From contig CAWHYO010000039.1 in NCBI GenBank assembly GCA_963833565.1, positions 74,303-138,302 on the forward strand: DNA of 64,000 nt. The letters are read 5' to 3'. Under the pieces are notes generated by a model. That model saw only the letters and a program-made list of their open reading frames with translations. It searched no databases and was not told the DNA's origin. The position numbers and the translations under genes are program-made. Positions 50,514-60,871 of this stretch are shown here, piece after piece. Numbering within the stretch: position 1 is the first letter of the stretch; each line of letters opens with the position of its first letter. This DNA is from an uncultured Alphaproteobacteria bacterium. GTDB taxonomy: Bacteria > Pseudomonadota > Alphaproteobacteria > Rhizobiales > Rhodomicrobiaceae.

Positions 50514-50678
50514 ATGGCAGATCGTAATAAAGTCTATCTGACAGGCTTGACCTTTGCGGAAGCCGGGAAATTGCATACTCATGTGATCAACGGTGTACGG
50601 ATTTTCGGCGCGGCAGCAGAGTTCGCGTATTTTCCTGCATATGCGCTTACCTCGGCTTCACTAAATCATCCAGACTAG
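50514..50678 (+). pseudogene. pucB: LH2 antenna beta subunit, degenerate
   Basis: [33 protein letters not shown] matches LH2 beta. The expected AHFLAY reads AYFPAY, and the terminal WLH* survives only in a shifted frame (ggcttcactaa). Confidence 0.8.
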
Positions 50679-50689
50679 GAGAACTAAAC

Positions 50690-50983
50690 ATGGCTGATCC
50701 GGATGGACAAGCTGGTATTTGGTTGGTCGTTCCCCCGAAGGTTGGTCTTCCTCTGTTTCTTGGCACAGTCACTTTAATCGCGCTGCTCGTCCATGCCGCG
50801 ATCCTGAACCACACATCCTGGTTTGCTGCTTACTGGCAGGGCGGCAAGGGCAAGGCTGCAATGAGCACCACCACACCAGCTCCTACGGCCGCGTTAGAAC
50901 CTGCGGCTCCATCCAGCCCGAACGAGGTAAAGTTTCGAAACGCGAGGGACCCTGCTTCACGGCAGGGTCTTTTGCTATCTTGA
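50690..50983 (+). CDS. pucA: LH2 antenna alpha subunit
   Basis: [46 protein letters not shown]; BChl His and YW retained; AGGAG RBS. The tail probably ends near 50930. Confidence 0.9.
   Translation: MADPDGQAGIWLVVPPKVGLPLFLGTVTLIALLVHAAILNHTSWFAAYWQGGKGKAAMSTTTPAPTAALEPAAPSSPNEVKFRNARDPASRQGLLLS
50948..50973 (+). terminator. Rho-independent terminator of pucBA
   Basis: GACCCTGC-ttcacg-GCAGGGTC-TTTT. Confidence 0.8.
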
Positions 50984-51022
50984 CCGGTTGACGACCAACT
51001 TTGCCTGATCGATGGCGTTTAT

Positions 51023-51352
51023 CTAGCCAGCCGCTGCGGCAGGCTTGATCTCTTGGATGACATCGAAGCCCTCGAAATGCGGCCCCCCAAGATAAAGCGG
51101 CTTGTTTCCGCCCGCGCCCTTGTGCGCCGCCCGGAAGCTTTCGGATCGCGTCCAGTTCTCGAACGCCTCCCGGGTCGCCCAGATTGTGTGCGAGATATAA
51201 AGGCTGCACTCGTCCGTTTGCGGCCCCTTCAGCATGTGGAACGCAACGAAACCCGGCTCGCGATTGATGAACACGTCGCGGTTCAGCCAGACCGCCTCGA
51301 AGTCCGCCTCGCATCCCCTTTTCACACGAAACCTGTTCATGGCGATAAACAT
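51023..51352 (-). CDS. ABM-domain monooxygenase, IsdG/HmuQ-like heme-degrading
   Basis: MFIAMNRF (Asn), WTRSESFRAAH (Trp/His). Confidence 0.85.
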   Translation of the reverse strand: MFIAMNRFRVKRGCEADFEAVWLNRDVFINREPGFVAFHMLKGPQTDECSLYISHTIWATREAFENWTRSESFRAAHKGAGGNKPLYLGGPHFEGFDVIQEIKPAAAAG

Positions 51353-51450
51353 CGGCGGTTCTCCCTTAGCGGCCTGGAACACAACACGAAACAGCCCGAT
51401 TTCAGCGTGTAAGGGCCGTCTCGCTTTGTCCCCAGTTAGGAAGGACCGTC

Positions 51451-52237
51451 ATGGACTACAACCTCGAAGGCAAGCTGGCATTCGTTACCGGGTCCACCAA
51501 GGGCATCGGAAAGGCAACCGCGGACGCTTCTCCTCCGTGAAGGCGCCGAGGTCATCATTCACGGGCGCACCATCGAATCCGTCGAACGCGCCAAGGAAGA
51601 CCTGCCCTCCGCGCACACCGTGCATGGCGACCTTCGCGACAGGGCCGCCGTCGAAAGGATCATCGACGATGTCAAAAATATCGGCACCGTTCAAATCCTC
51701 ATCAACAACGCAGGGATTTATGAGAGCAAGCCGTTCCAGGACATCACGGATGAAGATTGGCTGCGCTTTTTTGAAGTGAATGTGATGTCCGGCGTGCGTT
51801 TCTCCCGCGCGCTCCTGCCTCCCATGCTGCTCCTGAACTGGGGCCGGATCATTTTCGTGTCGTCAGAATCGGCCATCAATATTCCGCAGGAGATGATCCA
51901 TTACGGCATGACGAAAACGGCGCAGCTCGCGATTTCGCGCGGGCTTGCCGAACTTACCAAGGGTACGCAGGTCACGGTGAACACCGTCGCTCCTGGCCCG
52001 ACAGCGTCCGAGGGCGTCATCGACTTCGTAAAGGGCGTTGCCGCCTCCCAGGGAAAGGACCAGGAAACCGTCGAAGAGGAGTTCTTCAAAACAGTCCGTC
52101 CAACCTCGCTCTTGCAGCGCTTCGAAGATCCGATGGAAATCGCACAGACCATCGTCTTCCTGGCGAGCCCGCTATCGAGCGCAATCAATGGCGCCGTGCT
52201 GAGAGCCGACGGCGGCGTGGTCAAATCCGCGTTCTGA
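51451..52237 (+). CDS. Short-chain dehydrogenase/reductase (frameshift near 51535)
   Basis: VTGSTKGIG, INNAGI, YGMTK. Confidence 0.9.
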
Positions 52238-52240
52238 AGC

Positions 52241-52514
52241 TCAGAACCCCCATGTGATGCAGCGCGCCGGCCTATGCCAGATGCACCGATAGTCGGTGCA
52301 CACGTTAATGCGGCCATTCCGGCCGCAGGTGCAATTGTTGCAGCCGTCGAACCATTGTACACAGAGGTGCGGGCACACGCCGCGGTAGATATGCCGGATA
52401 AAAAGAGCTTCCGGCGGCTGTGACAGCTGCCGCGGCAAGACGTCCGCTCGCGCCTGCGGCCAGTGCCAGCAAGATCGTTAAAAGAAAGAGCGCCGCGCGG
52501 CGAAACAATGTCAT
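52241..52514 (-). CDS. Secreted Cys-rich pacifastin-like miniprotein (frameshift near 52450)
   Basis: Signal peptide MTLFRRAALFLLTILLALAAGA in one frame; CPHLCVQWFDGCNNCTCGRNGRINVCTDYRCIWHRPARC in the other. Confidence 0.7.
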
Positions 52515-52655
52515 AGCCGTCTTCCCGTAAGACTGAAAATCGCGTCAGCCCTAGCATAGACGACCTCGCTGCAAGAGGAGTTGCGAGAGGGCATCACCTT
52601 CGGAAAAATCCGCCGCGGTGTTCCGTCCTCCCTCCCCGAAAACCCTCGCTCGAAT

Positions 52656-53669
52656 CTAAGCGACGCCTGCCCGGAGGAGATCGTGGATGTGCACGATGCC
52701 GACCGGCACGCCCTTCTCAACAACGAAAAGCGCCGTGATGGCGGACGCATTGATGATCTGGAGCGCGGCGCTGGCGAGCATATCCGGCCTGATGGTCTTG
52801 GGGTTTTTTGTCATGATCTCGGCGGCCGTCCGGTCGAGGAGGCCGGGCGACATGTTGCGGCGAAGGTCGCCATCGGTCACGATGCCCAAGAGCTTGCCGC
52901 CCTCGTCCAGAACGCCGAGACAGCCGAAGCTCTTCTCCGTCATCACCACAAGCGCGCTGCTCATGGGCTCGGTGAGGGGAACGACGGGCAGCCTGTCGCC
53001 TCGATGCATGATGTCGCCGATGTGCTTCAGGTTGGCCCCAAGCTGGCCGCCCGGATGGAAAATCTTGAAGTCGAGGGCCGTAAACGCGCGTCCTTCCAGA
53101 AGCGCAATCGCGAGGCAATCGCCGAGCGCGAGCTGTGCCAGGGTCGATGTCGTCGGTGCCAGCCCATGCGGGCAGGCTTCCTTCACCTGCGGCATGGCCA
53201 GCACGACGTCCGCCGCCTTGGCGAGCGTGCTTTCCCGCCGCGAGGTCATGGCGATAAGCGGCACCCGGAATCGGCGGGAATAGGTCAGAATGTTTGCGAG
53301 TTCCGCCGTTTCTCCGGACCAGGACAACGCCAGAATGGTATCACGCGGCGTGATCATGCCGAGGTCGCCGTGGCTCGCCTCGGCAGGATGAACGAACTGC
53401 GCAGGCGTTCCGGTCGAAGCGAGCGTTGCGGCGACCTTCTGCCCAACATGGCCGCTTTTGCCCATGCCGGTAACGATAACGCGCCCCTCGCAGTGCTGCA
53501 TAAGTTCGACGGCGCGCTCGAACTCCTCCGCCAAGCCCGTGAAAAAAGCGCCCTGCAGCGCACTCAAGCCGTCGATGCCGCAGTCAAGCGTGCGCCGGGC
53601 GACCCTCGCCGCCTCGAACTCCCGCACTGGCTCTGCACGCCGTTCAACCCGCGCCAACCGCTGCGCCAT
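52656..53669 (-). CDS. kpsF: Arabinose-5-phosphate isomerase KpsF/GutQ (SIS + 2 CBS)
   Basis: TGMGKSGHVG, HPAEASHGDLG, APTTST, FHPGGQLG, TDGDLRR. Confidence 0.95.
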   Translation of the reverse strand: MAQRLARVERRAEPVREFEAARVARRTLDCGIDGLSALQGAFFTGLAEEFERAVELMQHCEGRVIVTGMGKSGHVGQKVAATLASTGTPAQFVHPAEASHGDLGMITPRDTILALSWSGETAELANILTYSRRFRVPLIAMTSRRESTLAKAADVVLAMPQVKEACPHGLAPTTSTLAQLALGDCLAIALLEGRAFTALDFKIFHPGGQLGANLKHIGDIMHRGDRLPVVPLTEPMSSALVVMTEKSFGCLGVLDEGGKLLGIVTDGDLRRNMSPGLLDRTAAEIMTKNPKTIRPDMLASAALQIINASAITALFVVEKGVPVGIVHIHDLLRAGVA

Positions 53670-53776
53670 GTCTCCCCCGCCTTTTCCCCGTTCTCCCCTG
53701 TTTAAGGGGCGAATCACTTCCCATCAACGTGGAAGGCTATGGTCGGAAAAAGGCGGGTGTACGACGGTGGATAAGA

Positions 53777-54725
53777 CTATTCGGCTGCCTTTGCTGTTGG
53801 CCCGGCCATGTGCTTTGCGTGCAACTCGGCCGCGAGCTTCTTCAGTTCCTCGCCGAATTTCGGAGCAAGATCGGGCCTTGCCAGTGCAAACGCAACATTG
53901 GCGGTCAGAAACCCGAGCTTCGACCCGCAGTCGTAACTCCTGCCCACGATATTTGTAGGCAAAGAACATCTGGTCCTGCATCTGCGTTTTCATGGCGTCG
54001 GTGATCTGGATCTCGTTGCCCGCGCCGCGCTCCTGCTGCTTCAGAGTTGGGAAAATCTCCGGCTGCAGGATATAGCGCCCCATGATGATGAGGTTCGAAG
54101 GAGCGCTTCCGCGCGCAGGCTTCTCGACCATCGATCCGATGCGCCAAAGCCGGTCTTCCTCCTCGCCCTCGAGTGCGACCACGCCGTAGGAACTCGTTTC
54201 TTCCGGCGCGACCTCTTCCACGGCGATGATGTTGATCTTCGCGTGAGGATATTTTTCGCACAGCCGGTTGTAGACCTTGATCATCTGGCCAAGGCAGCTC
54301 TCTCCGTCGGGCAAGACGATCACGTCGGGCAGGAGAAGCGCGAACGGGTCTTCGCCAACAATGTCGTGGGCGCACCAGACCGCATGGCCGAGGCCGAGAG
54401 GTTCCTGCTGGCGCGTGAAGCTCGTTGCGCCTGGAGCAGGCAAATGGCGTTCGAGGTTTAAGAGTTCTTCTTGCTTGTTGCGGCGCCTCAGCATTTCTTC
54501 AAGCTCGAACTGCCGGTCGAAATGATCCTCGATAACGCCCTTGTTGCGGCCGGTCACGAAAATGAAGTGCTCGATGCCGCCGTTCCGGGCCTCGTCGACC
54601 ACGTGCTGAATGATGGGGCGGTCGACGACGGTCAGCATTTCCTTCGGCATGGCCTTGGTTGCCGGAAGGAAGCGGGTGCCGAGGCCTGCGACGGGGAAAA
54701 TGGCCTTGCGAATAGGCTTGCTCAT
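53777..54725 (-). CDS. galU: UTP-glucose-1-phosphate uridylyltransferase (frameshift near 53940)
   Basis: PVAGLGTRFLPATKAMPKEML, LGLGHAV, VEKP, EIQITDA; YDCGSKLGFL in the shifted frame. Confidence 0.97.
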
Positions 54726-55088
54726 GGCGGTTCCTGGATGATTCTCAGGTCGGAAAATCTACAACTGATATAGAGAACAAGGGCGGACATTTCAGCCAAA
54801 ATTGCGGCCCCGGCGACACGGATCCCCATTAACGTAAAAGATGGGGCCACACGCAAGCGTGATCGCTGCAACTTTAACTAATAAAAAAATGTCGCAGTTT
54901 ATGTTATTCTAAAACCCTGTTGCAGGGGCGTCACGAATCGCTCGCGGCGACGGCGGCGGGGTCCAAGTTGGCTTGATCCTGACACAATCTCTCATAATGA
55001 CACACAGGCAAATGAGGGTGGACCGAACTTGAGCGCGTTCGACGAGGAATACGATGTGCGGCCGGTGCGTTGTACTTTCACCGCACCG

Positions 55089-56321
55089 ATGATTTTCGGT
55101 GTGGTGCTGGCCCTCCTGGCCATTTTCGCCGCTCCGGCTGTTCGCGCTCAGGGAATGAGCCTCTTGTCCTCCAGCTACATCACCCCGTTCCCGCAAACCG
55201 ACCGCTATCAGGTCCGCGTCATCGGCGATTGGCTCGGCACAGGCCTGACCGAGGGACTGAAGGACGCGTTCAAGCAGGAAAGTTCTCTTGAAATTCTCGA
55301 TATGTCCCGGTCGAACTACGGCCTCGTTCGAGCGGATCAGGTCGACCTCTACGGCGAGATCGACCGCATGCTTGCCGGACCGCCGGTTCATGTCGCCGTC
55401 ATTATGCTTGGCTTGAACGATCGCGCCTCGATCAAAGCCGGAGCGGGCCGCGCCCAGCCCGGCACCGCAGAGTGGAAGGACGCCTACAGCAAGGAAGCCG
55501 AAAAGCTCATCAAGAAACTGAAGGGTGCGAACATCGCGGTCTACTGGGTCGGCCTCCCCGTCATGGGCAATGCGGCATCCAGCGAAGCTGCCGCTGCCAC
55601 GAACGATGCCGTCCGCCAAGCCGCCTATGTCAACGGCGCGAAGTTCATCGAAACCTGGGCGGGCTTCACCGACCAGCTCGGCGCCTATAGCGCTTACGGC
55701 CCCGACTTGACAGGCCAGATGAAACGGCTGCGCGAAGGGGATGGCGTTGGCTTGACAGCTCCAGGCTACCGGAAGCTGGCGAATTATGTGGAAACCGTCC
55801 TGCGCCGCGACCTCGCCCATGCGAAGGCCCAACGCAACATCCCGCTGGCGGGCGATGAAGAGGAACAGGCGCGCGTGGTTCCAAATGCGTCGCATAATGG
55901 CCCGTCTGCAAAAGGCTCCGCTGCTCCGAGTTCCGCGCCGTCCGAGGCCCGCCCCGACGAGACGAACGGAGCGGCAGCAAAGCAGGCTTCCGGCAGCGGC
56001 GCTTCCGAACACAAGGCAGAATCCCCAACGCCCGCCGCAGCAGCCCAAGATGGCCAAAAGCGCGATCAAGCCGCCTTCGCGGGAGCGGGCTATCAAGGGG
56101 GCGAGTTCATCCTGAGCGATCTTGGCGACGGCCTCACCGCGATTGCCGTGATCTCCCCTGCCGGGGACTTCTCCATGCGCGAGATTCAGAGGCAGACCCC
56201 CCTTGCCGATCGCATTTACTTCAAAGTCCTGAGCCGCGGCGAGGCATTGCCGCCCAAGGAGGGCCGGGCGGATGATTTCCGCTGGCAGCGCGCCGTGGCG
56301 GCTCAGTCACAGCAGCAGTAG
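55089..56321 (+). CDS. DUF459 SGNH-fold exported protein, catalytic residues absent
   Basis: VIGDWLG (GDS block), MLGLND, YWVGLP, DGVGLT (DxxH block); C-terminal GRADDFRW. Confidence 0.82.
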   Translation: MIFGVVLALLAIFAAPAVRAQGMSLLSSSYITPFPQTDRYQVRVIGDWLGTGLTEGLKDAFKQESSLEILDMSRSNYGLVRADQVDLYGEIDRMLAGPPVHVAVIMLGLNDRASIKAGAGRAQPGTAEWKDAYSKEAEKLIKKLKGANIAVYWVGLPVMGNAASSEAAAATNDAVRQAAYVNGAKFIETWAGFTDQLGAYSAYGPDLTGQMKRLREGDGVGLTAPGYRKLANYVETVLRRDLAHAKAQRNIPLAGDEEEQARVVPNASHNGPSAKGSAAPSSAPSEARPDETNGAAAKQASGSGASEHKAESPTPAAAAQDGQKRDQAAFAGAGYQGGEFILSDLGDGLTAIAVISPAGDFSMREIQRQTPLADRIYFKVLSRGEALPPKEGRADDFRWQRAVAAQSQQQ

Positions 56322-56355
56322 CGTCCAACGTATTCGGTGTTTTGCTGGAGTGCAT

Positions 56356-57982
56356 ATGCGAAGCGTGCTGTTCGGAAACCGGAGTGTTTCGAGTCTGCGG
56401 ACTCGCGTCGCCGCATTGCTTGTCTTTTGCGTCCTGCCGTTGCTTGGCGGCTGTATCCCGGGGAGTCTGTGGGGAAGCGATGACGACGCAAGCCGCAGCT
56501 CTTTCTCGGAAAATTCGCAAGACAGGCCTGCGCTGAACCGCTCCTATAAGTCCAGCTTGATGTCGCTGAAGATGCCGACCTTTAGCGTTTTTGGCGGCGA
56601 GGCACAGGTTACGCCTGACAGCGGGCCTTCATCCTCGCTTTCCGGTTCCTCCACCGTCGAATCCCGCAAGCCTTCCCCGCTGAACACGCCAGGGATCGCA
56701 GCGAATTCGCCCGCGGCCACTCCCTGCGACGCAGGCTCTTCAGAATTTTTACGCCGCGTTGTCAGCCTTGAATGCCGGGAAGCGGTCCCAACCGATCAGC
56801 GTCGTCCATCTCGGCGGCGATCAGATCGTCGATGACAGGTTCGCGGCTTCTCTCAGGGAAAGCCTGAGCGGCCGATTTGGCAATGCCGGCCGCGGGCTCA
56901 TGCAGCCGGGGCTGTATCCGGTGCGCGGGATGAAGGTCGACCGCAGCGGGCAATGGTCGCTCACGAGCGCGTCAGGGGACGGACCGGGGCCTTTCGGTAT
57001 CACGGGGGCCAGGGTGACCTCCATAGCCAGCGACGCTTGGCTTCGATTCACGTCGGTGGAGGGAGCATTCGACTGGATCGAGGTTACGTTCATGACCGGT
57101 CCAGGGCAGGGCACCGCTGCGGTGAGCGTCGATGGCGACGTGAAACTCGTTCCAACCAAATCGCCGGCAACGGCTCAGACATCCATTCGCGTTTCGGCGA
57201 AAGCCAGGGAAATCATGATCAGGCCCCGGGGCGACGGCGCGATATCGGTCCTTTCGGTGGCGAGCGCGTTGAACAATCCCGGTCTCCTCTACTCGAACGT
57301 CGGGTTGCCGGGAGCCACCGCTGCGACGATCGGAAAATGGAACCCAGAGTTTGCAGTCTATGACTTCCGGAAGCTCAACCCGGACCTTATCGTCTTCGAT
57401 TACGGAACGAGGGAAGGCTTCATCGACACGCTCGATTTGAAGCAATATGAAGATCGTTTGAAGTTAGCCATCGATCAGATCAAGTCCTGGGCGCCGCAAG
57501 CTTCAGTCCTGGTCATCGGCCCTCCGGATGCGGCGCGCCTTCCTGCCTTCGCAGGCTCGGCAGGAGCCCAGGCCTGCCGCTCGCTCAACGCACAGGAAAT
57601 TGCGGCCTATGGCCAGTTGATGGATCGCAAAGACGAAAGATTGGCTCGCTGGCATGCTCCGCCGCGTCTCGAAGCTGTACGCCTGGCGATGAAGCGGCAG
57701 GCCGCCGAAAGCGGCGCATTCTTCTGGGATTGGGCCAAGTATATGGGCGGTCCCTGTTCGATTCACGCGTGGACAAGCCTGAAGCCGCCGCTCGCAGCAC
57801 TTGATCACGTGACCCTTACGGAGGCGGGGGAAGAACGTTCCGCGCGTGCGCTTTTCGCAGAGCTTATGGCGGGCTTCGAAAGCTACCAGCGCGCGGCAAA
57901 GGAAAAGGTTCCGGTTGCTACCGCAGCATTCACGGCGACGATACAGCCTGGCAAGGCCAGCACCAAAAAGCACAATCAGTAA
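56356..57982 (+). CDS. SGNH/GDSL-fold lipoprotein (PatB/Ape-like), catalytic residues absent (frameshift near 56740)
   Basis: LLGGC lipobox; VVHLGGDQ, RFGNAGRG, GLPGAT, YGTREG, IGPPD, MGGPCS, DHVTLT. Confidence 0.78.
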
Positions 57983-58016
57983 AAGGTCGCGTCACCCTTT
58001 TCTCTGGGTAGAGGTC

Positions 58017-59412
58017 TCAACCAGCGAGGCGCCGCAGATGCCTGTCGAGGTCGCACTCTTTCTCTGATGCAAGGCGCACCTCGAACTGCAAGTTCCCATC
58101 GTGCAAATCGTGCCGGCGGAGAACTTCCGTATTCTCATAAAGCCAGTGAATGAGAGCGCCGTTGCCGTCATCGACAACAACATTGCGGGTTCGCATGTCT
58201 TTCTCAAGCTGCCCGCGGATCAGGGCCGCCAACTCCGCCACGCCCTCCCCTGTTGCGGCGGAACTCAACACTGCGGCAGGCTTGGCCTGCGCCGCCCGCT
58301 TCGAAAGACTGGCCCTCTCCTCCTCCGGCAGGAGATCGGCCTTGTTCCAAACCTCGATAACCCGCCGCTGCTGCTCTTCGGCACTGATTCCGATCTCTGT
58401 CAGAACCTTTTCCACCTCGCTGCGCTGGGCTTCAGAGGATTCGCTTGCTATGTCCCGGACGTGGAGGATCAGATCCGCTTCGAGAATCTCCTCCAGTGTG
58501 GCCCGAAAGGCGGCGATGAGCTGGGTCGGAAGGTCTGAAATAAAGCCCACGGTATCGGATAGCAGGAATGCGCCGCCTTCCGGAAATTCGATCCGGCGCA
58601 GCGTCGGGTCGAGCGTCGCAAACAGCATGTCCTTTGCGAGCACGCCCGCTCCCGAAAACGCATTGAACAGCGTCGATTTTCCGGCGTTCGTATAGCCGAC
58701 AAGGGAAACAACCCGCTGCTCGGTCGTCCTTCCGGTGCTTGCGATGCAGGCGCCTCGTCCGCTCGACCACCGCAAGCTCACTCCGGATTGTATCGATGCG
58801 CTCGCCGATGGCGCGCCGGTCGGCCTCGATCTGCGTCTCGCCGGGGCCGCCCAGAAAGCCGAAACCGCCCCGCTGGCGTTCAAGGTGCGTCCACGACCTG
58901 ACAAGCCGGCTCTTCTGATAGGTAAGTCGCGCCAGTTCGACTTGCAGCCTGCCTTCCTTGCTGCGCGCCCGATCGGCAAAAATCTCAAGAATGAGCCCGG
59001 TGCGGTCGAGAACCTTCGCGTTCCAGGCCTTTTCGAGGTTGCGCTGCTGGATCGGGCTCAGCACGTGGTCGACAATCGCAACCGTGACATCCCCCGCCTT
59101 GATAATCGCTCCAAGTTCCTCGACTTTCCCCGACCCCAGAAGGGTCGCGGGCCGGGGCTGGGCGAGCGGAACTGTACCGCTGAAACAGATGTCAAGACCG
59201 ATTGCGTTTGCAAGACCGGCCGCTTCCGAAAGGCGCTCCCGGCTCGTCAGGCGCGCGGGCGCCGAAACCTGCGTTGTCTGCTGCTCCGGAAACTTCCGGA
59301 TTGGAACGATGACAACCGCACGCGTTGCGCCAAGAGACCCCTCTGCCGACGCGCTTCTTTCTTTGTCTCCGGCGCGATACTCATTAATTTCGCGGGATGC
59401 GAGCTTTTTCAA
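58017..59412 (-). CDS. hflX: GTPase HflX (frameshift near 58730)
   Basis: LSPIQQRNLE, HLERQRGG, GPGETQIEADRR, VGYTNAGKST, LFATLDPT, DTVGFI, NKAD. Confidence 0.96.
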
Positions 59413-59417
59413 AGGTT

Positions 59418-59664
59418 TTAACGTTCTCCGTTCTGATCTCCATCAAGAAACGAAATAGGACCACCCGGCATGATTGTCGAGATGGCATGCTTGTAGACCA
59501 GCTGCGAGTGCCCGTCGCGCCGGAGCAGAACGCAGAAGTTGTCGAACCAAGTCACGATCCCCTGCAGCTTAACGCCATTGACGAGGAAGATCGTAAGAGG
59601 AGTTCTTGTTTTTTCGAACGTGATTGAGAAAAGCGTCTTGTAAATTTTGTTGTTTGTCTGGCAT
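59418..59664 (-). CDS. hfq: RNA chaperone Hfq (frameshift near 59605; absent from the ORF track)
   Basis: Manual translation: [20 protein letters not shown] / [46 protein letters not shown]; lies upstream of hflX. Confidence 0.96.
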
Positions 59665-59813
59665 GACCTGTCCGTTTTTTCATCGCGGCACTCTTGGCCG
59701 CTTGCCCACTACCCGATTATCCCACCTGCGTTTTTGTCCCGGTCTTTATACGCACAACCAGACCGGTTGCTCGCAAGCGGCCCCGCCGCTGATAGTCCAT
59801 CAGTTCCTTTCGG

Positions 59814-60692
59814 TCATGCTAAAAGTTCGTGAGGAGAAGAGATCTCCGCCACACTGTGATAAGTGTTTCGTAATTCCAGAGCAATGTCCCCGGGCTTTCC
59901 GATCCCGATAACGTGGCCATCGATCCTGACGACCGGCATGACAAGCCCGGAAGCGGACGTCTGAAAAGCCTCCCTCGCCGATTTCGCCTCCTCGACCGTG
60001 AAAGGCCTTTCCTCGAAATGAAGCCCCTTTGCGCGGGCCGCTTCCATCGCCACCTCGCGCGTTATCCCTCGCAGGATACCAGACTCTGCCGGGCGCGTCA
60101 CCAGAATGCCTGCTGCGGTTACGATCCAGGCGTTGCAGGACGCCCCCTCAGTAACGAAACCTTGGGCGTCGACCATCCAGGCCTCGTCAGCGCCTGCCTC
60201 CTTCGCCTGCTGCCGGGCAAGAGACTGCGCGAGAAGTCCTACGGTCTTGATGTCGACGCGCTTCCAGCGGATATCGGGAACGGTAATAACGGAAATCCCG
60301 GCGGCGGCCCTCTTCTCGGCCTTGCTGCGCGACAGCGAACGGGCAAAGCAGACGACGGTTGGAGCAACGGCCGCCGCAGGAAAGGCAAAATCGCGGCGCG
60401 CCACGCCACGCGTCACCTGGAGATAAGCCATTCCGTTTTTTACCCGGTTGCGGCGTATGGTTTCGCGCAAGATCACGCCGAGCGATTTCAAGCTCATCGG
60501 CTCGGTCATGCCGATCTCTCGAAGCGAGCGGCCGAGCCGGCGCATGTGCCTGCGCTCATCCACGAGGCAACCATCGCGAACCTCGCACACTTCGTAGACA
60601 CCATCCGCGAATTGAAATCCACGGTCTTCAACATGAATGGCGGCTTCGGCGTAAGGAGCATACCTGCCGTTCACATAGACAACCCGTGTCAT
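59814..60692 (-). CDS. dat: D-amino acid aminotransferase (class IV PLP)
   Basis: EDRGFQFADGVYEV, YLQVTRG, DIKTV, TEGASCN, ILRGITR. Confidence 0.92.
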   Translation of the reverse strand: MTRVVYVNGRYAPYAEAAIHVEDRGFQFADGVYEVCEVRDGCLVDERRHMRRLGRSLREIGMTEPMSLKSLGVILRETIRRNRVKNGMAYLQVTRGVARRDFAFPAAAVAPTVVCFARSLSRSKAEKRAAAGISVITVPDIRWKRVDIKTVGLLAQSLARQQAKEAGADEAWMVDAQGFVTEGASCNAWIVTAAGILVTRPAESGILRGITREVAMEAARAKGLHFEERPFTVEEAKSAREAFQTSASGLVMPVVRIDGHVIGIGKPGDIALELRNTYHSVAEISSPHELLA

Positions 60693-60871
60693 GGTCCGCC
60701 TTTCCCGCGCAAGCCTTCAACCTGCAATTATATTGCCAAAGTGCATCCGGCTTATAAAAGCGCAAGGGCGCTCGATCAACCCGCCTGATCGAAACCGATT
60801 AAAGGCGGAAAAGTTGATCGATGCTAAAGTGCTAGGGCAGCTTATCCGCATCCAAATGGACGCGGGCTGCT

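Noticed and set aside
51376-51400. EcfG promoter before the SDR gene (GGAAC-N16-CGAT)
   Set aside because: The -10 element mismatches at a key position and lies farther from the start than the other examples; too weak to call.
52241-52514. Pacifastin-like protein as the inhibitor of the CHAT protease
   Set aside because: The genes are about 38 kb apart, pacifastins target serine proteases, and there is no evidence of linkage.
59418-59664. Programmed frameshifting or true pseudogenes in hfq, glyA, nrdR, galU, hflX and ntrX
   Set aside because: There are too many cases, no consistent slippery sites, and the genes are otherwise intact; sequencing error is the simpler explanation.
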